A program made the translations under genes and the position numbers. From Oligoflexales bacterium (GTDB lineage Bacteria; Bdellovibrionota_B; Oligoflexia; Oligoflexales; Bog-1112): a DNA stretch of 24,832 bases. The notes below the pieces were generated by a model, which worked only from the letters and a program-made list of their open reading frames with translations, searched no databases and was not told the origin of the DNA. The stretch lies in NCBI GenBank assembly GCA_045105515.1, contig JBGCDR010000435.1:1-24832 (forward strand), written 5' to 3'. Positions 1 through 9,111 of the stretch are shown here, in pieces; the first letter of the stretch is position 1; every line of letters starts with the position of its first letter.

Positions 1-307
1 GAAGATATTTAATTGCCGAAAATATGGTATTTTTCACTTATCACTGGAAAATAAGAAGAGTTTTTAAAATTAATTTCAACCGCGATAAAAAAAACTGAGT
101 TGCAAAGGCAAGAATTTAGTTTCCGACCAGACACTATCTAGGGAATTAGATCCAGAATATGCGGCAAATCCTATTCCCTCAAGAAGAAGTGTCTTAAGGA
201 CAATTCCTGAAGATGTTCCAGATGATATTTCGGTTGTTTCAACGGGAACCGTCAAGCTTGAACAAGCTCAAGAAATATTTAGGAAAGTTGCTTCGATTGC
301 TGAAGAT

Positions 308-1357
308 GTGAGAGCTTCTTTTGTGACTCAGTCAAAAAAGGTCGAAGGTGCTGGTTCTACAAACTTTGTAGTATTTTCTAAACTACCAGTCAAAGGCTTA
401 GAAGGACAGACATTTGTTTTTCGCTCGGTAAAAGAGTCAAAAAGACTTAAGCATGCTGAATATTTGGCTAATGAATCACCCATCATGTCTATCCTAGCTC
501 ATGAAAATCAGCTTGGGAATTCATTCGGAAGGTCCATGACACCCCAACCTTTTTATCTGGAAGCAACAGGGGCAAGATCAATCAGTCAAAAAATGACTCC
601 CTTTTATTCGGCTGCCTATCCAGTCAGTGGGGGTTTTGATCTTATAGCTCTGCATAAACAGAATCGTACTATGGCCGAAGCTATCAAGTTTTTACATGAA
701 CCTATTCAAGTAAACACAAAATTTTATAAAATCGTTCATAGAGATTTAAAACCGGAAAATTTTCTTGTTCAAAGTAAAATTGATTCGAATGCTGCAATCA
801 CTGACTTTGATTTGTCGACAGTTTTGATCGGAGAGAGTTTTCCTGATTTACTTGCTAGAACGAAAACTCCATTTTATACGGGGGTACGAGGAACTCCTCT
901 TACAGTTGATCAGCATGTGGTCGTGCGCCACAATCCTGCACTTCTAAATCAAGATCCTCGCTTAAAAAGGTCACTCACCTATGAGGAACTGGAAGCTTCT
1001 GATATTTGGAGTCTTGGAGTTAGTTTCATTTGGAACGCTTTACCGGTAAAAATTACAGATACAAAAAAACTGTCTTTATATCATTATATTATGAATAGAG
1101 GTACTAAAAATTCCAAAGATCTGTATATAAAAAATCAAAACATACCCTACCATGTTGAGCAATTCTTTAGTAGGTCTAATCAGGATATTTTGGCGGAAGT
1201 TCAGGTTTATGTACCTGATCTAAAATTTACTGATGCACAAATTCAAGGAGTTCGTGAATACTTGAAGTCGAGTGAATATCTATTTGTAAAAAATAGAATG
1301 TTGGTGTTAGATGCTTCTAAACGAGCTCTAATTGATGAGGTCTTGGGGGCTTTATGA
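308..1357 (+). CDS. Eukaryote-like (Hanks-type) Ser/Thr protein kinase domain protein; true 5' end uncertain (frame open from position 89)
   Basis: HRDLKPENFL catalytic loop (from 737), TDFDLS (DFG position), RGTP, SDIWSLGV and Gly-loop-like GAGSTNFV. The same frame has no stop back to 89. Confidence 0.85.
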   Translation: MRASFVTQSKKVEGAGSTNFVVFSKLPVKGLEGQTFVFRSVKESKRLKHAEYLANESPIMSILAHENQLGNSFGRSMTPQPFYLEATGARSISQKMTPFYSAAYPVSGGFDLIALHKQNRTMAEAIKFLHEPIQVNTKFYKIVHRDLKPENFLVQSKIDSNAAITDFDLSTVLIGESFPDLLARTKTPFYTGVRGTPLTVDQHVVVRHNPALLNQDPRLKRSLTYEELEASDIWSLGVSFIWNALPVKITDTKKLSLYHYIMNRGTKNSKDLYIKNQNIPYHVEQFFSRSNQDILAEVQVYVPDLKFTDAQIQGVREYLKSSEYLFVKNRMLVLDASKRALIDEVLGAL

Positions 1358-2151
1358 AAAGAATATTAATTAGCTTACAGGGATTAGTCCTTGCATCCTT
1401 GGCATTTTCCAAGCCTTTATTTAGAACCTATCCAACGCCAAATTGTATGGATACGATTATTTTTGAAAGTTTCTGTGAGAATTTGGAGGGAGATTTAAGT
1501 TCTGAGGGAGATTTATTTACTGACTCTGAAATTTTGCATGTCCATTTGGTGCACTCTGGTAATATAGACAGTCCTAATATCAATGAAAATGGCAAGTATG
1601 TAGTGCAGCAGCAGGGAAAAGAGGCTTGCCCTACTGGCGTTGCGGATATGTTTAGTGGAGATAAAGGTAAATATCCCAAAATTCATTTTGGCGGAAGGTC
1701 TTTATCTCATGATGACGTAGTCCAAATAATGGATGCAAATGGTTTGCCCTTGGAGGTTTCTACCATTAGCTACGACAAGCAGAGGAATATCTCTGGTTTG
1801 TTTCATTTGAAAAAATTGCTAACAAAACACGGTTCCCTCATTATTGGCATTGCTGATAGGTACATTGGCTCCCACTTTATCATTATAGATGAGATATCGA
1901 ATAATTTTCAGACTGTACGTTTACGAGACCCTTGGCATGGATGGGATATTACGGTAACAGCAGATGCTGTTAGGAAAAGAATCACAGACCCTAGAGTCTT
2001 GCACCTACCTGATGAGCTTGATAAGGAAAATATAAAAGAGGATGATATCATTCCAACTACATCTGTTTGGAATGATATATTTTATATTTTTAAGAAAAAT
2101 AGGTCCAAGGACTTAGAAGAGATGTTTTGGAATTTAGATCATTCAGGCTAG
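1354..2151 (+). CDS. Exported papain-like cysteine peptidase, C39-like family
   Basis: Signal peptide (MKRILISLQGLVLASLAFS). QQQGKEAC (Cys 1627), GSHFIII (His 1873) and LRDPW (Asp 1927) fit the Q..C/H/DP layout of C39-like peptidases. ATGA overlap with the kinase stop. Confidence 0.7.
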   Translation: MKRILISLQGLVLASLAFSKPLFRTYPTPNCMDTIIFESFCENLEGDLSSEGDLFTDSEILHVHLVHSGNIDSPNINENGKYVVQQQGKEACPTGVADMFSGDKGKYPKIHFGGRSLSHDDVVQIMDANGLPLEVSTISYDKQRNISGLFHLKKLLTKHGSLIIGIADRYIGSHFIIIDEISNNFQTVRLRDPWHGWDITVTADAVRKRITDPRVLHLPDELDKENIKEDDIIPTTSVWNDIFYIFKKNRSKDLEEMFWNLDHSG

Positions 2152-3278
2152 ATTTTATTTTCTCTTGCTTCTTTTTTTTCTAAACAATAATTTTTGACTA
2201 CTTGGGCAAATTCATCAATACTATCATAGTATTCTTGTTTTTTAGTTTCATTGCCATAAAACCTAATACGATGGGTATACTTGTTACGGTAGTTTTTGAG
2301 GTACACCTCGAGGGCCTCTTCCATAGTGCTAAACTCTAGCACATCCCCTGCATCGATGATAACCCAGTCTTGTTTTAATTCGTCGAATACTAAGTTGTTA
2401 TATTGCAGGTCCATGATTTGTTTATGTTGATTAAACATATTCTCATAGAATTCTAGGAGTTTTTGTCTATGAAAGCTATCAGAAAAAATTTCTCTTTTTT
2501 TGGACTTTAGCCAATAAGATAGCTGTTTTCCATAAATAAATTTTTTGTAAATAACGTTGTCTTGTAATTTCACATTTAAGCCGTAACTAGTAACCTTCTG
2601 CCATTTTTTGCTATATTTGAATTCCTGGCGAATGTGATTTATTGCCTTTGCTTTTTCACTGTCTTTTAATTCTTCTCTTGTAAATTTTGCTATCGTCAAT
2701 TCTTCTGACATTCTGTCTATCACTAAAAATGTGATGCCATTTGCTCCGATACCGACCGTTCCTTGATCGTCGCTTAATTGTTGAGATTTAACTGGTAAGT
2801 AGCGTTCATGATGCAGTTGCCTTAGGTAATGAGCTGGCATATCGTGGTTTTCTTGAATAGAAATATTGTATGGGCTCCAAATGATGTTTTGATTTTCAAT
2901 GAAATTTATTTCTTTTCCTGCTCGTCCCACTGTCGTCGAGATATTTTGATGCCCACGAATAAAATTTGATTTGTTTGTTAGTCCTGGAACTAGGAATTCG
3001 TTTCCATTTGACAATGGATTCGAATAGCACCGAAATGAATGGTAGGTACCAAAACCATATCCTAGAGCTAAAAATAAGAGATAATTTCTTTTTTTAGACT
3101 TTAAACCATAAGAATTTTTTGGTCTTTTAAGTTCTAGTTTAGCCTCAGTTTTGGGCTGAACTATGGTCATACCAAAGGTGCTGATTGAAATTGAACTTAC
3201 GCTTAAACTTATCAACAATATTATTGAGGGAATTAGAGGTATTTGTGATCTAAAAATGAAATTATTATTTAACGCCAT
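2148..3278 (-). CDS. Exported or membrane-anchored atypical protein-kinase-like protein
   Basis: GIGANG Gly-loop, IAKF (beta3 Lys), QEF (alphaC Glu), DLQYNN catalytic loop and IIDAG (DFG equivalent). Two hydrophobic N-terminal segments. Stop overlaps the convergent gene's stop (CTAG, 2148-2151). Confidence 0.7.
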   Translation of the reverse strand: MALNNNFIFRSQIPLIPSIILLISLSVSSISISTFGMTIVQPKTEAKLELKRPKNSYGLKSKKRNYLLFLALGYGFGTYHSFRCYSNPLSNGNEFLVPGLTNKSNFIRGHQNISTTVGRAGKEINFIENQNIIWSPYNISIQENHDMPAHYLRQLHHERYLPVKSQQLSDDQGTVGIGANGITFLVIDRMSEELTIAKFTREELKDSEKAKAINHIRQEFKYSKKWQKVTSYGLNVKLQDNVIYKKFIYGKQLSYWLKSKKREIFSDSFHRQKLLEFYENMFNQHKQIMDLQYNNLVFDELKQDWVIIDAGDVLEFSTMEEALEVYLKNYRNKYTHRIRFYGNETKKQEYYDSIDEFAQVVKNYCLEKKEARENKI

Positions 3279-3575
3279 TGGATCTCTTTTTTATTCGGGG
3301 GTAGCAGATACTCGTTTTTAAAAACAAGCTAGTGATAAGACTCAGATATATTTCAAGGCATTCTGATGTCAAGATGTAAATATCCTTACTAAATTAAAAG
3401 ATACGTAATTTGCTAAGGAATTTCAATAATTCTCCATGATAAATTGCTATGAATAAAAAAATACCGCGTTTCCAATCCATTAGAATTTGATAGTAGAAAA
3501 ACCCTAAAATGTTTGCTAATCCTTCCTTCTTTTTAGCCTCGAATCTTTTCAAAAGTTTAAGAAGGAATTTTTTTG

Positions 3576-5084
3576 ATGAAGCTAGTTACAGTGTTTTTGC
3601 CAGCAATACTAAGTTTTTTAGTATTTATGAATCACTCTTTTGCAGGTTGTGGAATAGGCACTTGCAATAGCAATACCATCCGAAAAGTCAATTTTCTAGG
3701 AGTGGAAATATCTTATTCCACCGATGCTCAGTGCAATATTGAACGATTTTGCGAAAATATTATTGGAGCCGTTGAAGGTTTGACCCGTGATGCATTTGAA
3801 GAAATTGGTAGAAATTTTCCTTCAGCTCACAATGAGCTGTTGAATAGAGCTAATGGGTACCGTCGCTTGACCTTACTTGAAAAAGCAGCCCTTTCATGTC
3901 ATTTTCCCGATCTTGAGCTCGAACGGGTAAAACTATATTTCGATGTTACCATGCTTGACAAAATAGAAGCATTTGGAGGTACCCATCGGATTTATTGGGT
4001 GGAATCAGAAGCTCAAACCATGGGTTATGATATTTTCTTTTCGGGAAAAGAATCTAATTACGATCGCGAAGATTTTATGGCTTCATTGGTACATGAACTT
4101 GTCCACACCCATCAGTTTGTGCACTATGGAGAGAGTTTAAGTAGATTCGGAGCAGAATATATGGGTGGATTGTATGATGCCGGTGGGTCCTATGATGAAA
4201 ATATATTTGAAAAGTATGCGGTCCAAGTTCAGAATAACTTAGGAATCACACCTTGTTCAGAAGATACAAGTAATACTATTACTGCAGCAATTAAGCTTAG
4301 TAATCGAGAATATTTATGTGTTTCGCATTTTGATGACAATGTAGAACACTATGTTATGAAAACAGAGCCTAGTCCTTCAGAGGATAACTGTATTTGGCAT
4401 GTTGCTCCCCATTGCATTAAATCTCCTAATATTGATGGTTATCTAGGCGAGACAGGCGGTGATAAGAGATGGGTTAGTTTGGCTACCCAGTGCTATGATA
4501 GCGCTAAATGGGGTTTTCGAAAATGTGAGGGTTCGTGTACTTATTCTGGATTTTTGAAACACGCCATTTCTGGTAAGACCCTTAATATAGCTGAGAATGG
4601 ATTTGCTGAGTTTAGTTCTGAATTTGGTAATACCTACAAGCTTGAATACTTTACCTCAGGCAGTCTTAATGATGGTTCTGGTTCTAGTGGCTTTAATTTA
4701 GTGGGGGATAGTAACGACTTGCCTTTTGCTAATAGCATTTGCTCTGGGCAAAATTGTCAAGAAACTGAATTCGGAGCTATATCGTTAGATCCTGATGATT
4801 GGAGCGATCTAAAAAATCCAGCACCAACATCCAAACCTGCCTTGCCTCCAAGCTCTGACGAGTCCGATGAGGATATTTTTAACTTTCCTACTAATTCTCC
4901 GACCAAATTTCCAAGTAGTTTTCCAGGCGCTCAAAGTGAAGATGGTCCAAATTATACGAGCTACGTTCTGCCGGGTGCCATCGTAGCATGTGCCCTTGTT
5001 GGTGGCTGTTGCCTCTATAAGCATATATGTGGGAATGGCAACAACAGCGAAAATACTCCAGCAAATGATAACGATCCTGTTTAA
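3576..5084 (+). CDS. Secreted, C-terminally anchored DUF4157 (eCIS-core-type) HExxH zincin-like protein with a Cys-containing beta-rich middle domain
   Basis: Signal peptide ending SFA. AQTMGYDIFF...LVHELVHTHQ (HELVH 4092-4106) matches the DUF4157 pattern. Pro/Thr/Ser linker and C-terminal TM. RBS AAGGA at 3562-3566; alternative TTG start at 3573. Confidence 0.7.
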   Translation: MKLVTVFLPAILSFLVFMNHSFAGCGIGTCNSNTIRKVNFLGVEISYSTDAQCNIERFCENIIGAVEGLTRDAFEEIGRNFPSAHNELLNRANGYRRLTLLEKAALSCHFPDLELERVKLYFDVTMLDKIEAFGGTHRIYWVESEAQTMGYDIFFSGKESNYDREDFMASLVHELVHTHQFVHYGESLSRFGAEYMGGLYDAGGSYDENIFEKYAVQVQNNLGITPCSEDTSNTITAAIKLSNREYLCVSHFDDNVEHYVMKTEPSPSEDNCIWHVAPHCIKSPNIDGYLGETGGDKRWVSLATQCYDSAKWGFRKCEGSCTYSGFLKHAISGKTLNIAENGFAEFSSEFGNTYKLEYFTSGSLNDGSGSSGFNLVGDSNDLPFANSICSGQNCQETEFGAISLDPDDWSDLKNPAPTSKPALPPSSDESDEDIFNFPTNSPTKFPSSFPGAQSEDGPNYTSYVLPGAIVACALVGGCCLYKHICGNGNNSENTPANDNDPV

Positions 5085-5109
5085 TAAATTTCCCGTCCCC
5101 ATGTGGACT

Positions 5110-5162
5110 CAGTAGCATCAAATCTAGGGGTATTAAGCCCTTGGGATCTTTGAATGCAACTG
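5110..5162. other. Imperfect intergenic stem-loop downstream of the DUF4157 gene
   Basis: cagt/actg, gcat/atgc, caaa/tttg and gggg/ccct pair in nested order. No clear U-tract. Confidence 0.4.
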
Positions 5163-5214
5163 GAATCTGAGCAATATTCAATGGTGCTTAGACTAAACGT
5201 CACCACAAAAAAAC

Positions 5215-5241
5215 TCAAGAACCATATCTCAACTCCGATAA
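5215..5241 (+). promoter_or_regulatory. Putative sigma-28 (FliA)-type promoter
   Basis: TCAA-N15-TCCGATAA versus consensus TAAA-N15-GCCGATAA, 55 bp upstream of the ATG at 5297. Confidence 0.55.
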
Positions 5242-5296
5242 ACCAAGCATATGACCGAATAGCTAAGACTAGTATGCTGTAAATAAAGGAGAAATA

Positions 5297-7666
5297 ATGA
5301 GATACCTGAATTTTCTTATCTTGACCGCCCTCGTTGGTCTTAGCATGGTAGTAAGTTCCTGCAAGACAAAGAAGAAGAGTTCTCCCGCAGCAGCTCCTCC
5401 AGGAGAGTTAACACCTGGGGATGGAGATGCTTGTGAAAATCCCCTAGCGTTATCTAATGCCAAAAGTTTACCAGCTGTTTCTGCATCACAATTGCGAGTT
5501 AGTAAGGTATTTGTTCAAGAGCCTTCTATTGGAAATAGTGAAAAAATCTATATTTCATCTGCTTCAGGGAGTGCAACTCCTGACCTGTACATCTATAGGG
5601 GGCATAAAAGTTCAAAGGTAAGTAAATATGCTGCCTCTTACAAAGGGGTAACACGAGCTACTTGCCAACCTAGTTCCACTAATGAAGAGTGCTTTACCGG
5701 ACTTACCTTCAGTGGGCTTAACATTGACTCCAATATTCCAGATGGTGCTTTAAAAATAGAGGCCTGGGCTTGTATAGGCGCAGGTGGCAAAAGGGTGAAG
5801 CAAGGTCAAACCTATCAACGAGTTGCCTACAGAGATACCGTATACTACTGTGGGCAAGCAAAAGTATCGCGAGATGATAACCAACATATTCGTAAATCAT
5901 CGGTGGAAGATCGTTTGGGACTTATCGATGATGCGATTAAGAGTAAATGTCAGAGTGCTTATAATAAACTAACAAGTGAAAAAAATTTAGAAGCAGCAAA
6001 AAACTCAAGCGATACTATGCTTAAGTCACTCTATGGCCTTGTAGCGATGGGCCCAGGAGCATTCATATCCGAATGCGTTCTCAACCTGGATGAAATTGTA
6101 ACAGCTGTTTCCTTTGCTGAAGAGAAAAAAAGCTCTAAATCTGGATTGGCACTTGCTAATACTGCTGAAGAATGCGAAGCAGAGGTGCCTGAAGATGAAT
6201 TCGATGAGTATGTTACTCAAACGCCACCTCCCGTGGTTACTGATCCAGTAGCTGTGATTCCTCCGGTTGAGCCAGATCCTGTGCCAGAGCCTGTAGCGGA
6301 AGAACCGACTGAAACGGAAGAACCAGAAGTTGCTGAAACTCCGACCAAAAGAGATCAGTGTAAGCTGAGGGGTGAAACTCTGTCAGAAACCATTGGAGGT
6401 AACACAGAATGGGTCCCTGATGTTAGCAGTGAAGATAAGGAAAACAATGGCACTTGCTTTGTTAATCATGAAGATGGAAGCCAAACCCAGATAGAGCCGT
6501 CTATTGCTGAGCAGCCTGTAGAAGAGGAGCCAGAACCAGCTCCTACTCCAAGCAAAAAGGGTCTGAGTACTGCTCAGAATTGGGGCGTTGCATTCATGGT
6601 GATTGGCGGGTCAGCTGCAGCTTCTGCCTATGTTTACAATTCAAACTCTGAGGTGCGAACAAGAGTAGACCGAGCATTTACACCTGCAGCTCCTTTGAAA
6701 GAGCCAGAGGAAATTGACTTCGGGAAAAGAACTATTGATCACTTCGATACACAGATTGACAAACTCAATAGCTTAAATTTATCTGGCTCTGATGGAGATG
6801 TTCGAGATGCTCAGGTCGCAGAGCTTAGCAACAGAAAAGAACTAATATTATTAAATAATGATCTTGCGATAACCAGAGGGAAAATGACGGTCACACCCGA
6901 AGCCTGGAATGACTTGGAAGAATTTTTTTCAAAAACTACTATTTATGCTGAGGCAGATATTAGAGAGGGAAAAGCTCCTTCAGAGGTGGTTGAAATTTCT
7001 AGTAAACCTCCATTGTTCGTATCGACTGATGACGCAGCAGGCTTTCGTGGCACACAGGAACAACTCAGAAGTAATTATGAAAAATGGAGTACGAATCAAG
7101 AAAATGCGGCGAAATATAATGGTGATTATAGTAAAGTTCTTGCAAAGAAACAGGAGTGGGACACAGGTGTGGCAAATAAGGATCATCGAAAATTACTTGA
7201 CGCTTTGGCAGAAAATAATACCTTTAAAACTGATATGAAGGAGTCAAGAGGGCTCTTAACCAGTATCGATGAGGTAAATAAACCATGGTCTGCCTTCAAT
7301 ATAGACGATAACGGAAAATTATTTGCTTCTAATGATCTCCCTGGTTCTATTAAACCTGTTACAGCACCCAAAGGGGCTGCAGTTGAGTTTGGAAAAGTAC
7401 CAGGTGCCAGCGCTTATGGACCTGGAAAAGGCAGATTCAGCGGCTATGTTCGTACTTCAATCTATCTTGGCTTGTCTGTAGCATTGTTAGGTGCTGCGTT
7501 CATTAATTTTGGCCTTTCTGATAGCAGTAAGAAGGATGGTGGAGTTCATTTAGTTGCAGGAGAGGCAAAATTCCTTGCAGCATTATACTCATGCAAGAAA
7601 ATAAAAGATAATAAGAAATTTTTTGCTGTTGGATGTGATAAAGTTTTAGCTGCTGCCCTCAATTAA
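5297..7666 (+). CDS. Large lipoprotein of unknown function (Cys-rich N-terminal domain, acidic Pro/Glu linker, two hydrophobic helices)
   Basis: RBS AAGGAG; lipoprotein signal ending VVSSC; hydrophobic segments WGVAFMVIGGSAAASAYVY (~6581-6637) and IYLGLSVALLGAAFINF (~7460-7510); 789-aa ORF. Confidence 0.8.
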   Translation: MRYLNFLILTALVGLSMVVSSCKTKKKSSPAAAPPGELTPGDGDACENPLALSNAKSLPAVSASQLRVSKVFVQEPSIGNSEKIYISSASGSATPDLYIYRGHKSSKVSKYAASYKGVTRATCQPSSTNEECFTGLTFSGLNIDSNIPDGALKIEAWACIGAGGKRVKQGQTYQRVAYRDTVYYCGQAKVSRDDNQHIRKSSVEDRLGLIDDAIKSKCQSAYNKLTSEKNLEAAKNSSDTMLKSLYGLVAMGPGAFISECVLNLDEIVTAVSFAEEKKSSKSGLALANTAEECEAEVPEDEFDEYVTQTPPPVVTDPVAVIPPVEPDPVPEPVAEEPTETEEPEVAETPTKRDQCKLRGETLSETIGGNTEWVPDVSSEDKENNGTCFVNHEDGSQTQIEPSIAEQPVEEEPEPAPTPSKKGLSTAQNWGVAFMVIGGSAAASAYVYNSNSEVRTRVDRAFTPAAPLKEPEEIDFGKRTIDHFDTQIDKLNSLNLSGSDGDVRDAQVAELSNRKELILLNNDLAITRGKMTVTPEAWNDLEEFFSKTTIYAEADIREGKAPSEVVEISSKPPLFVSTDDAAGFRGTQEQLRSNYEKWSTNQENAAKYNGDYSKVLAKKQEWDTGVANKDHRKLLDALAENNTFKTDMKESRGLLTSIDEVNKPWSAFNIDDNGKLFASNDLPGSIKPVTAPKGAAVEFGKVPGASAYGPGKGRFSGYVRTSIYLGLSVALLGAAFINFGLSDSSKKDGGVHLVAGEAKFLAALYSCKKIKDNKKFFAVGCDKVLAAALN

Positions 7667-7719
7667 TCTGACACTTGCTCTTCTTCCTGAAGAGATTCCC
7701 TAACCTCACTTCAATTAGG

Positions 7720-7880
7720 GCTATCTAGGGGATGCAATTCAGCAACTTTGTTATCGTAAAGCTTTTGTCATCTCGACTGAAAACGGTGAGATTCCCTACA
7801 GATTCCCTACAATTGCTTGAGATCCCTCGACTTTCGCTCGGTATGACCGGCTGTATGGATTGTTGTGCCCCTTAGATAGC
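7720..7880. repeat. Nested inverted-repeat (REP/MITE-like) element between convergent genes
   Basis: Outer imperfect inverted repeat gctatctaggggatgcaa (7720-7737) / ttgtgccccttagatagc (7863-7880), 14 of 18 matching. Inner GTCAT...ATGAC-bounded arms (7767-7848) and an 11-bp direct duplication gattccctaca (7790-7800, 7801-7811). Confidence 0.6.
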
Positions 7881-7906
7881 GTTTCGAGGGACCTTTGCAG
7901 TAAGAA

Positions 7907-8938
7907 TCATCTTAATCTTAAGGCTGCGGGCATCAAAGCCACTGAGACTGTAGCTAGTACCAGGCCACCCCAAAGGTAGGGCCTGTAGCCTTGCCCAATG
8001 AAGTGATCTACTTCTGACAATTGCCATCCATGTTTAACCTTAGAAGCCCGCATCATGGTGGATCCAGGGAACATTTTTTTTAGACGCCTGATGAGAGTTT
8101 GCGAAGAAAGATTTTCTTGCTTACCGAGAGTTTTGAGTTTTTCGGGTGGGTAAAGTTGCGATAGAGCAAAGTAAATCGAATGCACACAATTGTTATTGTG
8201 CATATTGTAGCGTTCCCGGTATTTAGGAAGTTTTCTTACGACCTGGATATATTCATCAACAAGTTTTATATCGTCGCTTGGTAAACTGATAGAGTAAGGT
8301 GCAAGCAACTCCTCTATTGAGGGTAGGATAGTAGCTTGTCCAAAAATTCCTAAAGACTTCCATTCTCTTTTGATCGCCTTATACTGGTCGCCCGTTATTG
8401 CCTTAAACTGTTCCACAAGGTCATCACTTTTGTAAGGCTTGCGCCATTTTGGAGGGAGGTAGTAACCTCGATGTTCGAGAGCATGGAAAAAATCACTGAG
8501 CTGATTGTCGCTTATCAGTTCAGTGATTCTAATTGCCTCAAACAAGACTTTACGTTGTTTGGTCCCATCTGGGACGTAAGCATTGATGCGATTGCCATCA
8601 GGAAAACTAAAGTAGTGAAATTGTGAAGGTCCCATTAAAATTTTGCCTTCTGGACTAAGATCCATTTTTGCTTCGGTGTGCAGTGGGGGTACTTTAGCAA
8701 TGACTAAGCTAGAATGTACATATCTTCTACCAAGTAGTCGTTCTATAAACCACCACTTGGTATGCTTGACTATGGAGTTGTTTGGGGTCCAGTTGATGAT
8801 GAAGAGCTGATATCTCTTTGCTGACCAGGCCTGACTCAGAAGCTGATTTTGTTTTGCTTCGGAGCGAGCATAGGCAGTAGTAGATGCAAAAATATGCATA
8901 AGTATGTGAGTTGTAATCACTAGTTGAAAGAGTTTCAA
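7907..8938 (-). CDS. Exported permuted papain-like (PPPDE/LRAT/DUF4105-type) enzyme with C-terminal membrane anchor
   Basis: TTG start with GAGG RBS; signal peptide ending AYA. His in YVHSSL (8714-8716) precedes Cys in YNMHNNNCVH (8186-8188), the H...YxxxxxNC signature of permuted NlpC/P60-like enzymes. C-terminal hydrophobic helix with basic tail. Confidence 0.6.
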   Translation of the reverse strand: MKLFQLVITTHILMHIFASTTAYARSEAKQNQLLSQAWSAKRYQLFIINWTPNNSIVKHTKWWFIERLLGRRYVHSSLVIAKVPPLHTEAKMDLSPEGKILMGPSQFHYFSFPDGNRINAYVPDGTKQRKVLFEAIRITELISDNQLSDFFHALEHRGYYLPPKWRKPYKSDDLVEQFKAITGDQYKAIKREWKSLGIFGQATILPSIEELLAPYSISLPSDDIKLVDEYIQVVRKLPKYRERYNMHNNNCVHSIYFALSQLYPPEKLKTLGKQENLSSQTLIRRLKKMFPGSTMMRASKVKHGWQLSEVDHFIGQGYRPYLWGGLVLATVSVALMPAALRLR

Positions 8939-9111
8939 CTTAACCTCATAGTCAACAGGATGGAATTTTTTTTGACCTTACCCTTAACTGGCACAAGTTT
9001 TGGGGAAATCGCAAAAAGAATTTATATACCTCATTTCCATATGTTTATGAAGTAAACATTTAGATAAATTTATAGTATAATATTAGGGATTAGAATGATT
9101 CAAAGCTAGGG

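Noticed and set aside
8989..9003. Sigma-54-like TGGCAC-N5-TTGG
   Set aside because: The -12 GC is not matched and the site points antisense into the 3' end of the solute-binding gene.
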